From an uncultured Verrucomicrobiae bacterium (lineage in GTDB: Bacteria; Verrucomicrobiota; Verrucomicrobiia; Limisphaerales; Palsa-1400), in assembly GCA_963702845.1 (NCBI GenBank), contig OY969763.1:5184001-5248000 (forward strand): a stretch of DNA of 64,000 nucleotides, read 5' to 3'. The translations under genes were made by a program, and so were the position numbers. The notes under the pieces are model-generated. The model did no database searches. It was not told where the DNA came from and worked only from the letters and a program-made list of their open reading frames with translations. This document shows positions 32,322 through 41,545 of this stretch, piece by piece; the first letter of the stretch is position 1, and each line of letters begins with the position of its first letter.

Positions 32322-32337
32322 AGCCAAATCCGTGCCA
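32322..32337 (-). promoter_or_regulatory. Sigma54 (-24/-12) promoter
   Basis: TGGCACGGATTTGGCT on the minus strand; GG-N10-GC spacing exact. Confidence 0.65.
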
Positions 32338-32500
32338 CGTTTGTGTGCCGCCGAAAAACGGCGTAAACCCTTGGAAAATGCGGGTTATGTCACATAGAGA
32401 GTGCGGGAAGGTGCGGCTGTTTCACGCATGGTTGAAGAAGTTCACGCATTCAAAGCGGGGACGAGCGAGACAATAGTGGGAACATGGCGTAGCGATTCGG

Positions 32501-33565
32501 CTACAGCTTCTTCGCCAAAATCGGCGCGTTGTCGTCGCCGGTTTCCCAAACGACGATGACTTCGCTACCCAACGGGGCCATCGCGGGATATTTTCCAGGC
32601 ACGACCAGTGAGATGGGGCCTTTGGTGTGAGTTTTTCGGATGACGATTTCGCCTCCGTGTTGCCAAGCCGTAAAAATACAATCCGGTGCTGCGACGCACG
32701 GTTGCGATGCTTCCGGTTCGAGTAGCGTTTCCAAGTTTGAGTCTGTGCTCGATGAAAAAACTGCTTTGCCGCGACGCCACACGGCATACACCGAACCATC
32801 GTGGCGAATCGCGATCGCGCCGCCGTCCATCGGACACGCGTTCAATGGCAACGTGCCCGACCCGAGTTTCTGCGCCGAGCCGAACGTTTTTCCGGCGACG
32901 TCGCTGACGGCGAGATACATATCGCGCGAACCTTTCAGCCAATTCCGCCACATTGCGAACAGTTTTCCGTTTGGACCAAACGCCAGACTTGGGTGACAAC
33001 ATTCGCAAATGTGTCCATCGGGTGAACGATAGATGAGAAAATTCGTCGACCAAGTCACACCACCGTCTTTGGAAATCGCACCGCGCAATTCGGTTTTGGC
33101 CGTGCGCAAATCGAGCCAGGCAGTCGCAACCGTGTTGCTGTGAGCGGCCATGGCGTGAAGGCCTTCACGCGCGGCTTTCGGCACGTCATTTACCCCAGCG
33201 GCTTGGCTCCAGTGCGCGCCGCCGTCGCGTGAAATCCAGCAATACAGATTACCTTCTTCGTGCGAAATCGCGCTGACGGCAATGACATTGTCAGCCGCAA
33301 CGATTCTCGGCCCACGCCGCATGCCGAGCGACAGTTTCGGAATCGTTGCAACCAATTGCGGCGTTTCGAAACTCTTTGCTGAATTTGTCGAGCAAGCGAC
33401 GTAAATCGAATCCCCTTTGCCAAACGTAACGAAGATGGCGTTGTCCCGAGCTACCGCAACTTGCGGCTGCTTCGCGCCGGCAAAAGATTTCGGAACAACC
33501 GGCACTTGCGCGTGAATCGCGACGCTCACGGCGATCAGAACCAGAGCCGGGAGGAGCGTTCTCAC
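32501..33565 (-). CDS. Secreted BNR/sialidase-fold protein
   Basis: Asp-box S.DGG..W repeats, ICECCHP, LNACPMDGG; GTG start overlaps the upstream stop. Confidence 0.75.
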   Translation of the reverse strand: MRTLLPALVLIAVSVAIHAQVPVVPKSFAGAKQPQVAVARDNAIFVTFGKGDSIYVACSTNSAKSFETPQLVATIPKLSLGMRRGPRIVAADNVIAVSAISHEEGNLYCWISRDGGAHWSQAAGVNDVPKAAREGLHAMAAHSNTVATAWLDLRTAKTELRGAISKDGGVTWSTNFLIYRSPDGHICECCHPSLAFGPNGKLFAMWRNWLKGSRDMYLAVSDVAGKTFGSAQKLGSGTLPLNACPMDGGAIAIRHDGSVYAVWRRGKAVFSSSTDSNLETLLEPEASQPCVAAPDCIFTAWQHGGEIVIRKTHTKGPISLVVPGKYPAMAPLGSEVIVVWETGDDNAPILAKKL

Positions 33566-35301
33566 ATCTCGAATTTCTCGAGCCGGTTTAGCCCGAGCTG
33601 CCACGGGATCCAGCCGACGATGAGAGACATCGCGATAAAGGCGACCCAGCTCCCGACGATCCATTCGATGGAAGTTTCACCTTTCCAACCCCACGGCGAA
33701 CCCATCGCGAGGACCGCGACAGAGGCGACGATGTAAAGAAAGCTCAAAACGAGACAGAGCGTTCCGCCGAAACCGCTGACGATTTTCGACGGGTTGTCCT
33801 CGCGAAAATTCGGGTAAAGCGCACCGAGACCCGTCGCCAGCGCAGTCAAGGTGAAGGTCATCGTCGAAATAATCAGCGCCAGGTAAAACGTGCGGTCCAA
33901 CGACAGTTGCAGCATGTAAGACGAAATCGCAATGAGCGCGAGCGTCACGCCGAGGGCCGCGCGGCTGGCCAGCCAATACTTCGCGCGTTGCACCTGAATC
34001 AATCCCAGCGGCGCCATGCCGACGATCCAGAGCCGCTTGCCTTCGAGCGAGAATTGCGGAAACACGAAACGCGTTGTCAGGGTCGCGAGGTTGAGCGCGC
34101 ACGCGCCGAGATTTAAATAGCACACGAGATGCACCCAGAACGGGCTGGCCAGTTGTTGCGAGAAATGTCGCAGGTTGATGATGTAAACGCCGAGCAGCCC
34201 GAACAGCACCAGCGTTTGGCCCCATTGCAACGTGTCGCGCCAAAACATGCGCGAGTCTTTCACGAGAATAGCGAGGACGTCCGATGGCGGGTTATACCAA
34301 TAAGCCAGGGCGCGCTCCGCCCAGCCGCGTGGATAACCGAACTCGACCTTGCGCTCGCCACGGCGTCGGAACCAATCCCACTGTTGAAAAATACTGGCGC
34401 GGCTTTGCACGGTGGCGAAGGATTCGTAGAATTGTTTACCGAGCGACGTAAACGACAGGAACCCGAAGAACAAGACGTTGCTTAACAGCACGAGCAGGAA
34501 GAAAAACGCCGAGCTCAACGCGCCTTCCGCCCAGTTCAGCACGCTGGCCGAGAGCCAATAGCTCGGCAACCACGGCCATTCGGCGAAATGCGTGTGCATC
34601 ATGATTTTGTCGAGCGTCACGAGCACGCGCGCATCGGTCGATTCTTCGGTGAGCGGTTCGGGCCGGAACCAGATCGTCACGAGCGGAATCGCGACGCACA
34701 GCGTAATTACCGCCGCGATTTGAAAGCTGCGTCGATCCAGATAACGCGCGAGATTCAGCGCCACCCACGCGCCAAAAACTCCCGGCAAAATGATAAACAT
34801 CCCGATTGCGGCCAGCGTCATCAGATAAAAATGCCACGGCACCTGACGCGTCAGACCGTAGGCCGCGAGCAACGGCGCGATGAGAAAGATAAACGCCCAC
34901 GAGGCGAGCAACGCCGATTCAAAAAATTTCCAGCGAAAGATGGTTTTCGGCGAGAGCGGCAGCGAGACGAGGAACTGCGTTTCGCGATTACGAAAATAAT
35001 TGCTGTAGCCGATGACGATATTGCTGAAGAGCAACAGCACGAACAGGAACGCGAAGAGGAGGTAGAGCAGCCGTTCAGTCAGCAGCGGGCCGAGCGCGGG
35101 AAAGTTATTGAGGAAGCGCAACCCGAACCGAAAAAGCATGAACGAGAGGACGAAGTAAGCGACAACGAACAAACCAACCGATGACGATAACAGCCGCGAC
35201 TGGCCGCGCACTGATTTGAGACGTCGCCAATGCTGCAGCGCGTTTGTGCGCGCCAGCAGCCAGAGCGGTGTTGATCGGACGAACCCGTTCATTGAAACCA
35301 T
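33562..35301 (-). CDS. Putative ABC-2 type transporter permease
   Basis: Multi-TM; ETQFLVSLP, KDSRMFWRD, RFVFPQFSLEG...W. Confidence 0.75.
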   Translation of the reverse strand: MVSMNGFVRSTPLWLLARTNALQHWRRLKSVRGQSRLLSSSVGLFVVAYFVLSFMLFRFGLRFLNNFPALGPLLTERLLYLLFAFLFVLLLFSNIVIGYSNYFRNRETQFLVSLPLSPKTIFRWKFFESALLASWAFIFLIAPLLAAYGLTRQVPWHFYLMTLAAIGMFIILPGVFGAWVALNLARYLDRRSFQIAAVITLCVAIPLVTIWFRPEPLTEESTDARVLVTLDKIMMHTHFAEWPWLPSYWLSASVLNWAEGALSSAFFFLLVLLSNVLFFGFLSFTSLGKQFYESFATVQSRASIFQQWDWFRRRGERKVEFGYPRGWAERALAYWYNPPSDVLAILVKDSRMFWRDTLQWGQTLVLFGLLGVYIINLRHFSQQLASPFWVHLVCYLNLGACALNLATLTTRFVFPQFSLEGKRLWIVGMAPLGLIQVQRAKYWLASRAALGVTLALIAISSYMLQLSLDRTFYLALIISTMTFTLTALATGLGALYPNFREDNPSKIVSGFGGTLCLVLSFLYIVASVAVLAMGSPWGWKGETSIEWIVGSWVAFIAMSLIVGWIPWQLGLNRLEKFEM

Positions 35302-35469
35302 TTTAATAGCAACCCCGCGAATAGCACGGGGATTTCTATCGAAGAAAGGAACGTCGTGTGGTTCGGGACGCGCGAAGCAGTCTTGGACTGCGCCCTATTC
35401 AGCTTGTTTGTGCTGCTGCGACCACAACGAAGGCTTGCTGCGTCCAAGGGGTTTCCCTACATTTTGCTC

Positions 35470-36945
35470 ATGGCCAAAGTCCTGCTGCTTGATGACGAAA
35501 TTACGATGTTGCAGATGGTGACGGAGCTGCTTCGCTCCGAGGGCCACGAGGTCTTTCCTTTCAGCAATTTCGACGCCGCGTGCGAAGCCATCGAGGCGCA
35601 ACGACCGGACCTCGTCATCACCGATCTTTACACCGATAAAAACAAAAATCCTTACGGCCTGGAGATGCTCCAAAAAGCGCGCAGCCTCACGCCGCCCGCG
35701 ACCGTGATCATGATCACCGGGTTTGCCACGATCGAGACGGCGGTGGACGCGATGAAGAAGGGCGCGTTCGATTATTTGGCGAAGCCTTTCAAGGTGGACG
35801 ATTTCAAGATCGCGGTGCGCCGAGCGCTTTCTTACAGCGAAGCGGTTTCGGAAAACGTTTACCTGCGCAAACAACTTAAGAAAAAGTATCAGTTCAATCA
35901 ACTCATCGGCACTTCGATCAACATGCAGGACGTGTTCAAGATGATCGAACGCGTCGCCGATACGGACAGCACGGTTTTGATTCTCGGCGAGAGCGGCACA
36001 GGTAAGGAATTGATCGCGCGCGCGCTGCATTACAATAGCCGCCGGCAATTTGCCCCGTTCGTGCCGATCAACTGCAGTGCGTTGCCGGAAAATTTGTTGG
36101 AATCAGAATTGTTCGGCCATCGCAAAGGTTCGTTTACCGGCGCGATCACGGACAAGAAAGGTCTGTTTCAAGAAGCGGACGGCGGGACGATTTTCCTCGA
36201 TGAAATCGGCACGATGCCGGCGGTGTTGCAAAGCCGGTTGTTGCGCGTGTTGCAGGAAAAGGAAGTCCGACGCGTGGGCGACAACGTGCCGATGACCGTG
36301 AACGTGCGCGTTCTGGCCGCAACGAACGAAACGCTCGAGGCGCGCATCAAAGAAGGGACTTTCCGCGAAGATCTTTTTTATCGCCTGAATGTTATCCCCA
36401 TTCACATGCCGGCGTTGCGCGAGCATAGGGAAGATATCCCGTTGCTGGTGGTTCACTTTTTGAAGCAGCGCCTCAATCCGAAGACCGGCAAGCCGTTCCA
36501 GATCACTCGCAAGGCTGTCGATTTACTTTCGGAACATATGTGGCCGGGCAACGTCCGCGAATTGGAAAATTCGATCGAACGCGGCTGCGCTTTGTGCGAC
36601 GACGGCGTGGTGCGCATTGCAGATCTGCCGCCGGTGGTTGCGAAATTGGCGAAGGAGTCGGATGAGAACGACGATATTATCGAAGTGAAGGCGACGCCGC
36701 CGAGCCCGAGCGATACGCAGATTCGCACGTTGAAAGAAGCGGCTGCCGCTGCGGCGACCCATGCCCCGACCGGATTTGCGCAGCCGATTGCGTCGTTGAA
36801 AGATTTCCTGCACGACCAGGAATCGGCTTACCTCAATCGCGCGCTGGCCCAAACCGGCGGCGACAAAGAATCCGCCGCGCAACTGCTCGGCGTCAGCGTG
36901 GCGACGTTGTATCGCAAGCTGGCCGAAGTGGAAACAGCGACGTAA
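35470..36945 (+). CDS. NtrC-family sigma54-dependent response regulator
   Basis: REC domain; GESGTGKE, ESELFGHRKGSFTGA, WPGNVRELEN; Fis HTH. Confidence 0.93.
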   Translation: MAKVLLLDDEITMLQMVTELLRSEGHEVFPFSNFDAACEAIEAQRPDLVITDLYTDKNKNPYGLEMLQKARSLTPPATVIMITGFATIETAVDAMKKGAFDYLAKPFKVDDFKIAVRRALSYSEAVSENVYLRKQLKKKYQFNQLIGTSINMQDVFKMIERVADTDSTVLILGESGTGKELIARALHYNSRRQFAPFVPINCSALPENLLESELFGHRKGSFTGAITDKKGLFQEADGGTIFLDEIGTMPAVLQSRLLRVLQEKEVRRVGDNVPMTVNVRVLAATNETLEARIKEGTFREDLFYRLNVIPIHMPALREHREDIPLLVVHFLKQRLNPKTGKPFQITRKAVDLLSEHMWPGNVRELENSIERGCALCDDGVVRIADLPPVVAKLAKESDENDDIIEVKATPPSPSDTQIRTLKEAAAAAATHAPTGFAQPIASLKDFLHDQESAYLNRALAQTGGDKESAAQLLGVSVATLYRKLAEVETAT

Positions 36946-36975
36946 GAGTGTGGCGCGTGGGTAACCTGGCGGGAG

Positions 36976-37191
36976 ATGTGGCGCTAGCCACATTTGTAGG
37001 TAGCCGTGGGTTTCAACCCACGGAAGGCGTCGACCAACGACCAATTGTGTCGCGTAGCGACACGTGAACCCGGGTGTGTATGCAACAGGGAATCGGGTTC
37101 AAGCGTCACTACGCGACGCAATTAATTCTAACCGCACGGTGTTCCGTGGGTTAAAACCCACGGTTACCTTCAAGAATCGCTAACGCGATTC
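36976..37191. repeat. REP/REPIN-like palindromic element, family A
   Basis: GGTAGCCGTGGGTTTCAACCCACGG ... inverted CCGTGGGTTAAAACCCACGGTTACC; internal GTCGCGTAGCGAC hairpin; related copies at 40352 and 54971. Confidence 0.85.
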
Positions 37192-37224
37192 ACTACGCAA
37201 CAGGCCTCGCGAAATTTTCTGTGG

Positions 37225-37959
37225 CTAAGTCGCCGCGTTTCGAGACTTGAACCGTTCCGCTTTGTCGCGAACACGACCTAAAACCTTGCGGACTTTTTCC
37301 TTCGTTTTGCTTTCACCGAGATCGCGGTGCAAGACCCAGCGCGTGTGCGGGATCGCCGTCGCGGAGATGTCTTCAGGCGTGGTGTGTTTGGCGTTGATGC
37401 CGGGTGCGAGATCGAATCCGATTTTGCAATAGAGGTGCTGGACGAACGCGGAACAGAAAAAGGAACGGTCGCGCGCGAGCACATTTTCTTTCGTGCGCAG
37501 CTCGGGCTTTTTGAGCGCGAGCAACGTGCCGAATAGTTCGCGCACGGAATATTTGGTCGCGTCGGACATGAGTTGCAGGCCGTGGCACAAGAGGGAACGC
37601 AGTTGTTCGTCGGACAGGTTGAAGTCGAGAATCGCCAGCGTGCCGTAAAGTTCTTCGTCGTAATATTTGGCCATCCGATTTTCCTGAACGCCGAGCCGGA
37701 TGTGTTTGTGAACGGCGGCGAGGTCGGACTCGATTACCCACTGATGGCCGTCGCAACGGCGTTCACCAAAAATGAATGCATGCGACCACGTACTCCATTT
37801 GCCGTCGGCAATGACGCGCCGTTCGGCGCGGCGAATGACGCGATCAATCAACGTGCTGCCGCCCGCGAGACCGATGCGACCGGGCCGCGCGTGGAGTTCA
37901 AGAAAATCGCGATTGGAAATATCACGGACGGTGATGACCTGGTTCACGCGCGCGAGCAT
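37225..37959 (-). CDS. Permuted papain-like (YiiX/YaeF) NlpC/P60-family protein
   Basis: His motif WSHAFIF precedes Cys motif FFCSAFV; C-terminal TPEDI. Confidence 0.65.
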   Translation of the reverse strand: MLARVNQVITVRDISNRDFLELHARPGRIGLAGGSTLIDRVIRRAERRVIADGKWSTWSHAFIFGERRCDGHQWVIESDLAAVHKHIRLGVQENRMAKYYDEELYGTLAILDFNLSDEQLRSLLCHGLQLMSDATKYSVRELFGTLLALKKPELRTKENVLARDRSFFCSAFVQHLYCKIGFDLAPGINAKHTTPEDISATAIPHTRWVLHRDLGESKTKEKVRKVLGRVRDKAERFKSRNAAT

Positions 37960-38014
37960 AGCGGGTTTGATGAAGAAGGACACGTGAGAAGTAACGGGAC
38001 TTGCAGCGCACAAT

Positions 38015-38557
38015 TCAGCTGTGTCCCGGAGGGACGTTTGGGCGTTCGCTTGCCGGATAGGTAAAGAATTCACCGGCGTCTTCGGTGACCCTGTCGTTCG
38101 AGACGAATGGATTGAACTGTGGCGTGCGGCCGTGGCGGCGCATGTCGACATAGACCAAGAACATTCGCCATCTCGCCGCAATTCCGTGCAATTGTTTGGC
38201 AGCCAACCCGTGCAATCGCCAGGGCTGCGACGGCACAACCGACCCGCCGGTGCCGACGCCGAAGAAGGATGTCCGTGAATCGTGAGGCGCGAGATAGACC
38301 TGATTCATGCGCCGAGGGTCGGCAATCCATTGGCCGTTGGTTTGCGTCTCTACCATGACGGTCATCCAAAGCACTTCGTCGCTGTGATTGGTCAGCGTGA
38401 ACACATTGCCGCCCACGTGCGCGCCAGTAATGACAATATGCGGTTGCGACGATGAATGGAGGAAGGCGGAGGCGGCGGCCACTGCGAGTGCGACGATTGC
38501 GATAATGAGCCATTTGCGCCGTGAAACCGTCGCGGTCGGTTGTGAGGCCGCTTCCAT
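38015..38557 (-). CDS. Hypothetical N-terminally membrane-anchored protein
   Basis: RRKWLIIAIVALAVAAASAFL TM segment followed by a beta-rich domain. Confidence 0.55.
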   Translation of the reverse strand: MEAASQPTATVSRRKWLIIAIVALAVAAASAFLHSSSQPHIVITGAHVGGNVFTLTNHSDEVLWMTVMVETQTNGQWIADPRRMNQVYLAPHDSRTSFFGVGTGGSVVPSQPWRLHGLAAKQLHGIAARWRMFLVYVDMRRHGRTPQFNPFVSNDRVTEDAGEFFTYPASERPNVPPGHS

Positions 38558-38742
38558 GTGAGCGGGATTTTGCGGTGAGCTCGGGGATGGCGCAATGGTG
38601 ATTTGCGGAACAACAGCTTTCGAAGTGTGGACGTCCGCGCTCCGCAAAAAAACGATGCCGGAAACCCTACCCGAGGTCCCCGGCATCGCGCACTATGCAA
38701 ACTTGCCACAAACAAATCCCCGTTTGCCTTTTCGTCAACGGA

Positions 38743-38961
38743 TCAATTCACCCTCAACATCCACTTGTGCGGTCGCTTCACAACGCCGTTGCAGAAGGCC
38801 AAAAAGACCTTGGCCGCGTTCATCGGGTTCTCCGGGATGTGGTCCTCGGGAATTTGCGCGGCCATGCGCATCATCAGCGGCAGATCGTTGCTGTCGGTGG
38901 CGTAGTCCTGCGCGAGCGCGCCCACTAAAACAAACGCTAAAAACTGTTCTTTCTTCGTCAT
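38743..38961 (-). CDS. Small hypothetical protein
   Basis: 72-aa ORF with an A-rich GAAAG leader like those of the phage-derived genes. Confidence 0.55.
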   Translation of the reverse strand: MTKKEQFLAFVLVGALAQDYATDSNDLPLMMRMAAQIPEDHIPENPMNAAKVFLAFCNGVVKRPHKWMLRVN

Positions 38962-39248
38962 AATTTTCTCTTTCGTCTTTCTGTTACTGTTTAGTTTTCT
39001 AACTTCGCATCTCTTCGTCTCGTTTAAGGTCCGACTATCCTGCCAAAGTCACTTGGACAAAGGCTGTCCAAGTGGATTTTTATTTTGGTGCGGGAACAAG
39101 TTTCATGCGCGCGACGTAAAGTAGAGCCCTGCATGGACTTACGCTGTCAAACAGACGCTTGAAGGCTCCGGAAGACGAAATTTTCTTCCAAACGCAGCGA
39201 TGAAATCACGCCGCTTGGACGTGGTAGGAAGGAGTAGAGGGAAGCTCA

Positions 39249-39280
39249 ACCGTAACCCGGCATTAGCGCCGGGCTACGGT
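39249..39280 (-). terminator. Hairpin downstream of the XRE gene
   Basis: ACCGTAACCCGGC-attagc-GCCGGGCTACGGT. Confidence 0.45.
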
Positions 39281-39306
39281 CGAAGAATGCTGTCGGCTAG
39301 TAAAGA

Positions 39307-39720
39307 CTAGCGTTTCTTGCCGCGTTTGGCGGCTTTGGCCGGGCGAGATGCTTTCGCAGCTTTGTCCGACTTGACGTTGGCGGCGCGCACGAGGGCGCGG
39401 AAGCCGCGCACGAGCGGTTCACGGACCATCGCCGGGATTTCGCGCAACTCTTCCACCAGATCGCGCTCCCACTGTTCAGGGAACGCCATGCGATGCGTGC
39501 GGCGGGCCTGGACGGAGTCCGGGTTATCGCGCAGCAAGAGCAGCTTGAAGAGACGCAGGGTGACCGCGCTGGGGCGGACGGGGGAGTTTTCGCGAACAAT
39601 CTGGCTGAGCGCGCTGGGCGTCATGCCTAATTGACGGGACGCTTCAGCCTGCGACCAACCGGACGCAGCGAGCAATTCACGGAACTCTTGTTTAGGATCG
39701 ATTTCAGTTTGTTGTGCCAT
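39307..39720 (-). CDS. XRE-family HTH regulator (phage repressor-like)
   Basis: FRELLAASGWSQAEASRQLGMTPSALSQIV...RPS; divergent from a Xis-like gene across an AT-rich spacer. Confidence 0.8.
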   Translation of the reverse strand: MAQQTEIDPKQEFRELLAASGWSQAEASRQLGMTPSALSQIVRENSPVRPSAVTLRLFKLLLLRDNPDSVQARRTHRMAFPEQWERDLVEELREIPAMVREPLVRGFRALVRAANVKSDKAAKASRPAKAAKRGKKR

Positions 39721-39831
39721 ATGTATTAAATGTTAAATGATTACACTTTCAGTTGACTAGTGAAGTAACTTACTGTAATAACTACAGAGAATAAAAAATA
39801 GGCACAGATTTGCAACACTAAAAGGACTGAT
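39721..39831. promoter_or_regulatory. AT-rich divergent control region
   Basis: TTGACT (39753) N17 TAATAA (39776); palindromes AGTAACTTACT and TGTA-N5-TACA. Confidence 0.5.
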
Positions 39832-40245
39832 ATGAAGTCACATTATGAAATGACCGGCCGGGGAACGACCCGGCAAATGAGCGCAATTCGACCGGCGCGC
39901 TCGGCCACGCACACGATTAAACCAGCCGCTACGAGGGTGAATATGCCGTCCAGCGCAGCTTTGCGGGTGCCGGCGCTGGCGGCTTGCGGCGGGCTGGATG
40001 TTTGGATCACGCCCGCCCAGGCGCGCAAGATTCTTGGGATCGCCCCTTCGGCGATTTATCGGCTGGTGGACCCGACCCGGCCATTGCTCGTTGTGAAGCG
40101 GCCATTGCGCCGGAAGATTTTGATCAGCTTGCGATCGGTGACGGCATTTTCTGAAGCGACGAAAAACCCGGACTTCTGGGAATCGGCACCGTTGCAGGCG
40201 CAGTTTGACGCAAAACTAAAAGCAATCAGCGAACACAAAGGGTGA
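39832..40245 (+). CDS. Excisionase/MerR-like winged-helix (HTH_17) DNA-binding protein
   Basis: WITPAQARKILGIAPSAIYRLV followed by a basic wing KRPLRRKILISLRSV. Confidence 0.65.
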   Translation: MKSHYEMTGRGTTRQMSAIRPARSATHTIKPAATRVNMPSSAALRVPALAACGGLDVWITPAQARKILGIAPSAIYRLVDPTRPLLVVKRPLRRKILISLRSVTAFSEATKNPDFWESAPLQAQFDAKLKAISEHKG

Positions 40246-40351
40246 AGGCGTCGTAGGTCAGCCTGTTACAGGACGCGATTGACTGGTTGCGTCACGAAGG
40301 GACGGTTGAAAACACCGCACGTCCAGGTCAGCCGCCCCTTCGGGACTCATC

Positions 40352-40581
40352 ACATGGCGTAGCCATGTTTGAAGGTAGCCGTGGGTTTCAACCCACGGAA
40401 TCGCGCCCGAGCAAAACGTGTTGCGTCGCGTAGCGACGCTTCAACCTGTCCATTGGATTGTAATTATCGCGCGACGCATGAAACGCCGGTTCACGTGCCG
40501 CTAACGGCACAATCATCCTTCAGCCCGCCTCACCCGTGGGTTGAAACTCTCGGCTACCTTCAAGAATCGCTAACGCGATTC
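40352..40581. repeat. REP/REPIN-like element, family A
   Basis: ACATGGCGTAGCCATGTTTGAAGGTAGCCGTGGGTTTCAACCCACGG ... GGCTACCTTCAAGAATCGCTAACGCGATT, shared with the 36976 copy. Confidence 0.85.
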
Positions 40582-40764
40582 GCCTCTGGAACGGCGTGAC
40601 CAGATTCATCTTGACCGAAACCGAAGTGAGCGCAGACTCGAACTACTGTCAATTCAAACCACTGGGAGCACAAACCCGGCGAGAAAGGTCACATGGAAAA
40701 CACATCTCGAACACGGTTCTTCAGTAACTCTGCTATTTTTCAACACCACCCTCAAGCAAGTGTC

Positions 40765-41442
40765 ATGAAAACGGCTCTAGTGGCCTTCGTTCTATTTGTT
40801 GCGACGGCGGTGCACTCGTGCGCGCAAGGTTCGTTTCAAAATCTTTTTTTTGAGAATGCCACCATTGTTCCGGACGGATCTTCGCCCCATTTGATAAACG
40901 CTGATGCTGCTTTGCCGGGTTGGTCCGTTTCCTATGGTTCGGGCCCTGGTGGGGTCAACATTATCTATAATGACTTTAATTTGTCGTACGCTGCTGTTGG
41001 GCTTCACGACCCAAGTTCAACTATTACTCACCCATTACAGGGAAACTATTCCGTAATGCTTCAAAGTTCTCAGTATCCGTTTCCCGCCGATTCAGCTTCA
41101 ATTTCGCAGACAGGTCTGGTGCCGCTTGGAACGAAGTCCCTTGTCTTCATGGGGCAGGGTACTCCGGGCAATTTTCAAGTCTCCCTGGGAGGTCAGACAC
41201 TCAGTTTGACGCCTTTAAGCACCACGTCATCCTATACACTATGGGGGGCGGATATTTCATGGGCTGCAGGAACAACAGCGCCATTACAATTTACTGTTAA
41301 TGGGTCGCAATTTTCGACGCTGCTTCTGGACGGCATCCAGTTTTCAACCACGCCGGCACCTGAACCATCGGTCTTCGTCCTGCTTGCAGTCGGCGCAGGG
41401 CTGTTCAGGGTACGGCGTCAGCGGTCGCAATCAGTCCGGTAG
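40765..41442 (+). CDS. PEP-CTERM sorting-domain protein
   Basis: Signal peptide; C-terminal APEPS, TM segment, then RRQR. Confidence 0.88.
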   Translation: MKTALVAFVLFVATAVHSCAQGSFQNLFFENATIVPDGSSPHLINADAALPGWSVSYGSGPGGVNIIYNDFNLSYAAVGLHDPSSTITHPLQGNYSVMLQSSQYPFPADSASISQTGLVPLGTKSLVFMGQGTPGNFQVSLGGQTLSLTPLSTTSSYTLWGADISWAAGTTAPLQFTVNGSQFSTLLLDGIQFSTTPAPEPSVFVLLAVGAGLFRVRRQRSQSVR

Positions 41443-41545
41443 TCCGAGTCCGAGTCCGAGTCCGGTATTCTAAAGGAATACCGGACTACCGGACCGGCTA
41501 TTCCGGAAATGCATTTTCGGAATTATCGGACTGGTTTTCCGATTC
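41433..41545. repeat. Iteron-like AGTCCG array around a palindrome at the 3' end of the helicase gene (candidate replication origin)
   Basis: AGTCCG at 41433, 41441, 41447, 41453 and 41459; palindrome AGTCCGGTATTC-taaag-GAATACCGGACT (41459-41487); further TCCG/CGGA half-sites into the gene end. Confidence 0.6.

Noticed and set aside
39800..39815. Sigma54 promoter AGGCACAGATTTGCA upstream of the Xis-like gene
   Set aside because: GG-to-GC spacing is one base short of the strict requirement.
41433..41500. CRISPR array
   Set aside because: Units are 6-8 bp without unique spacers, and there are no cas genes.
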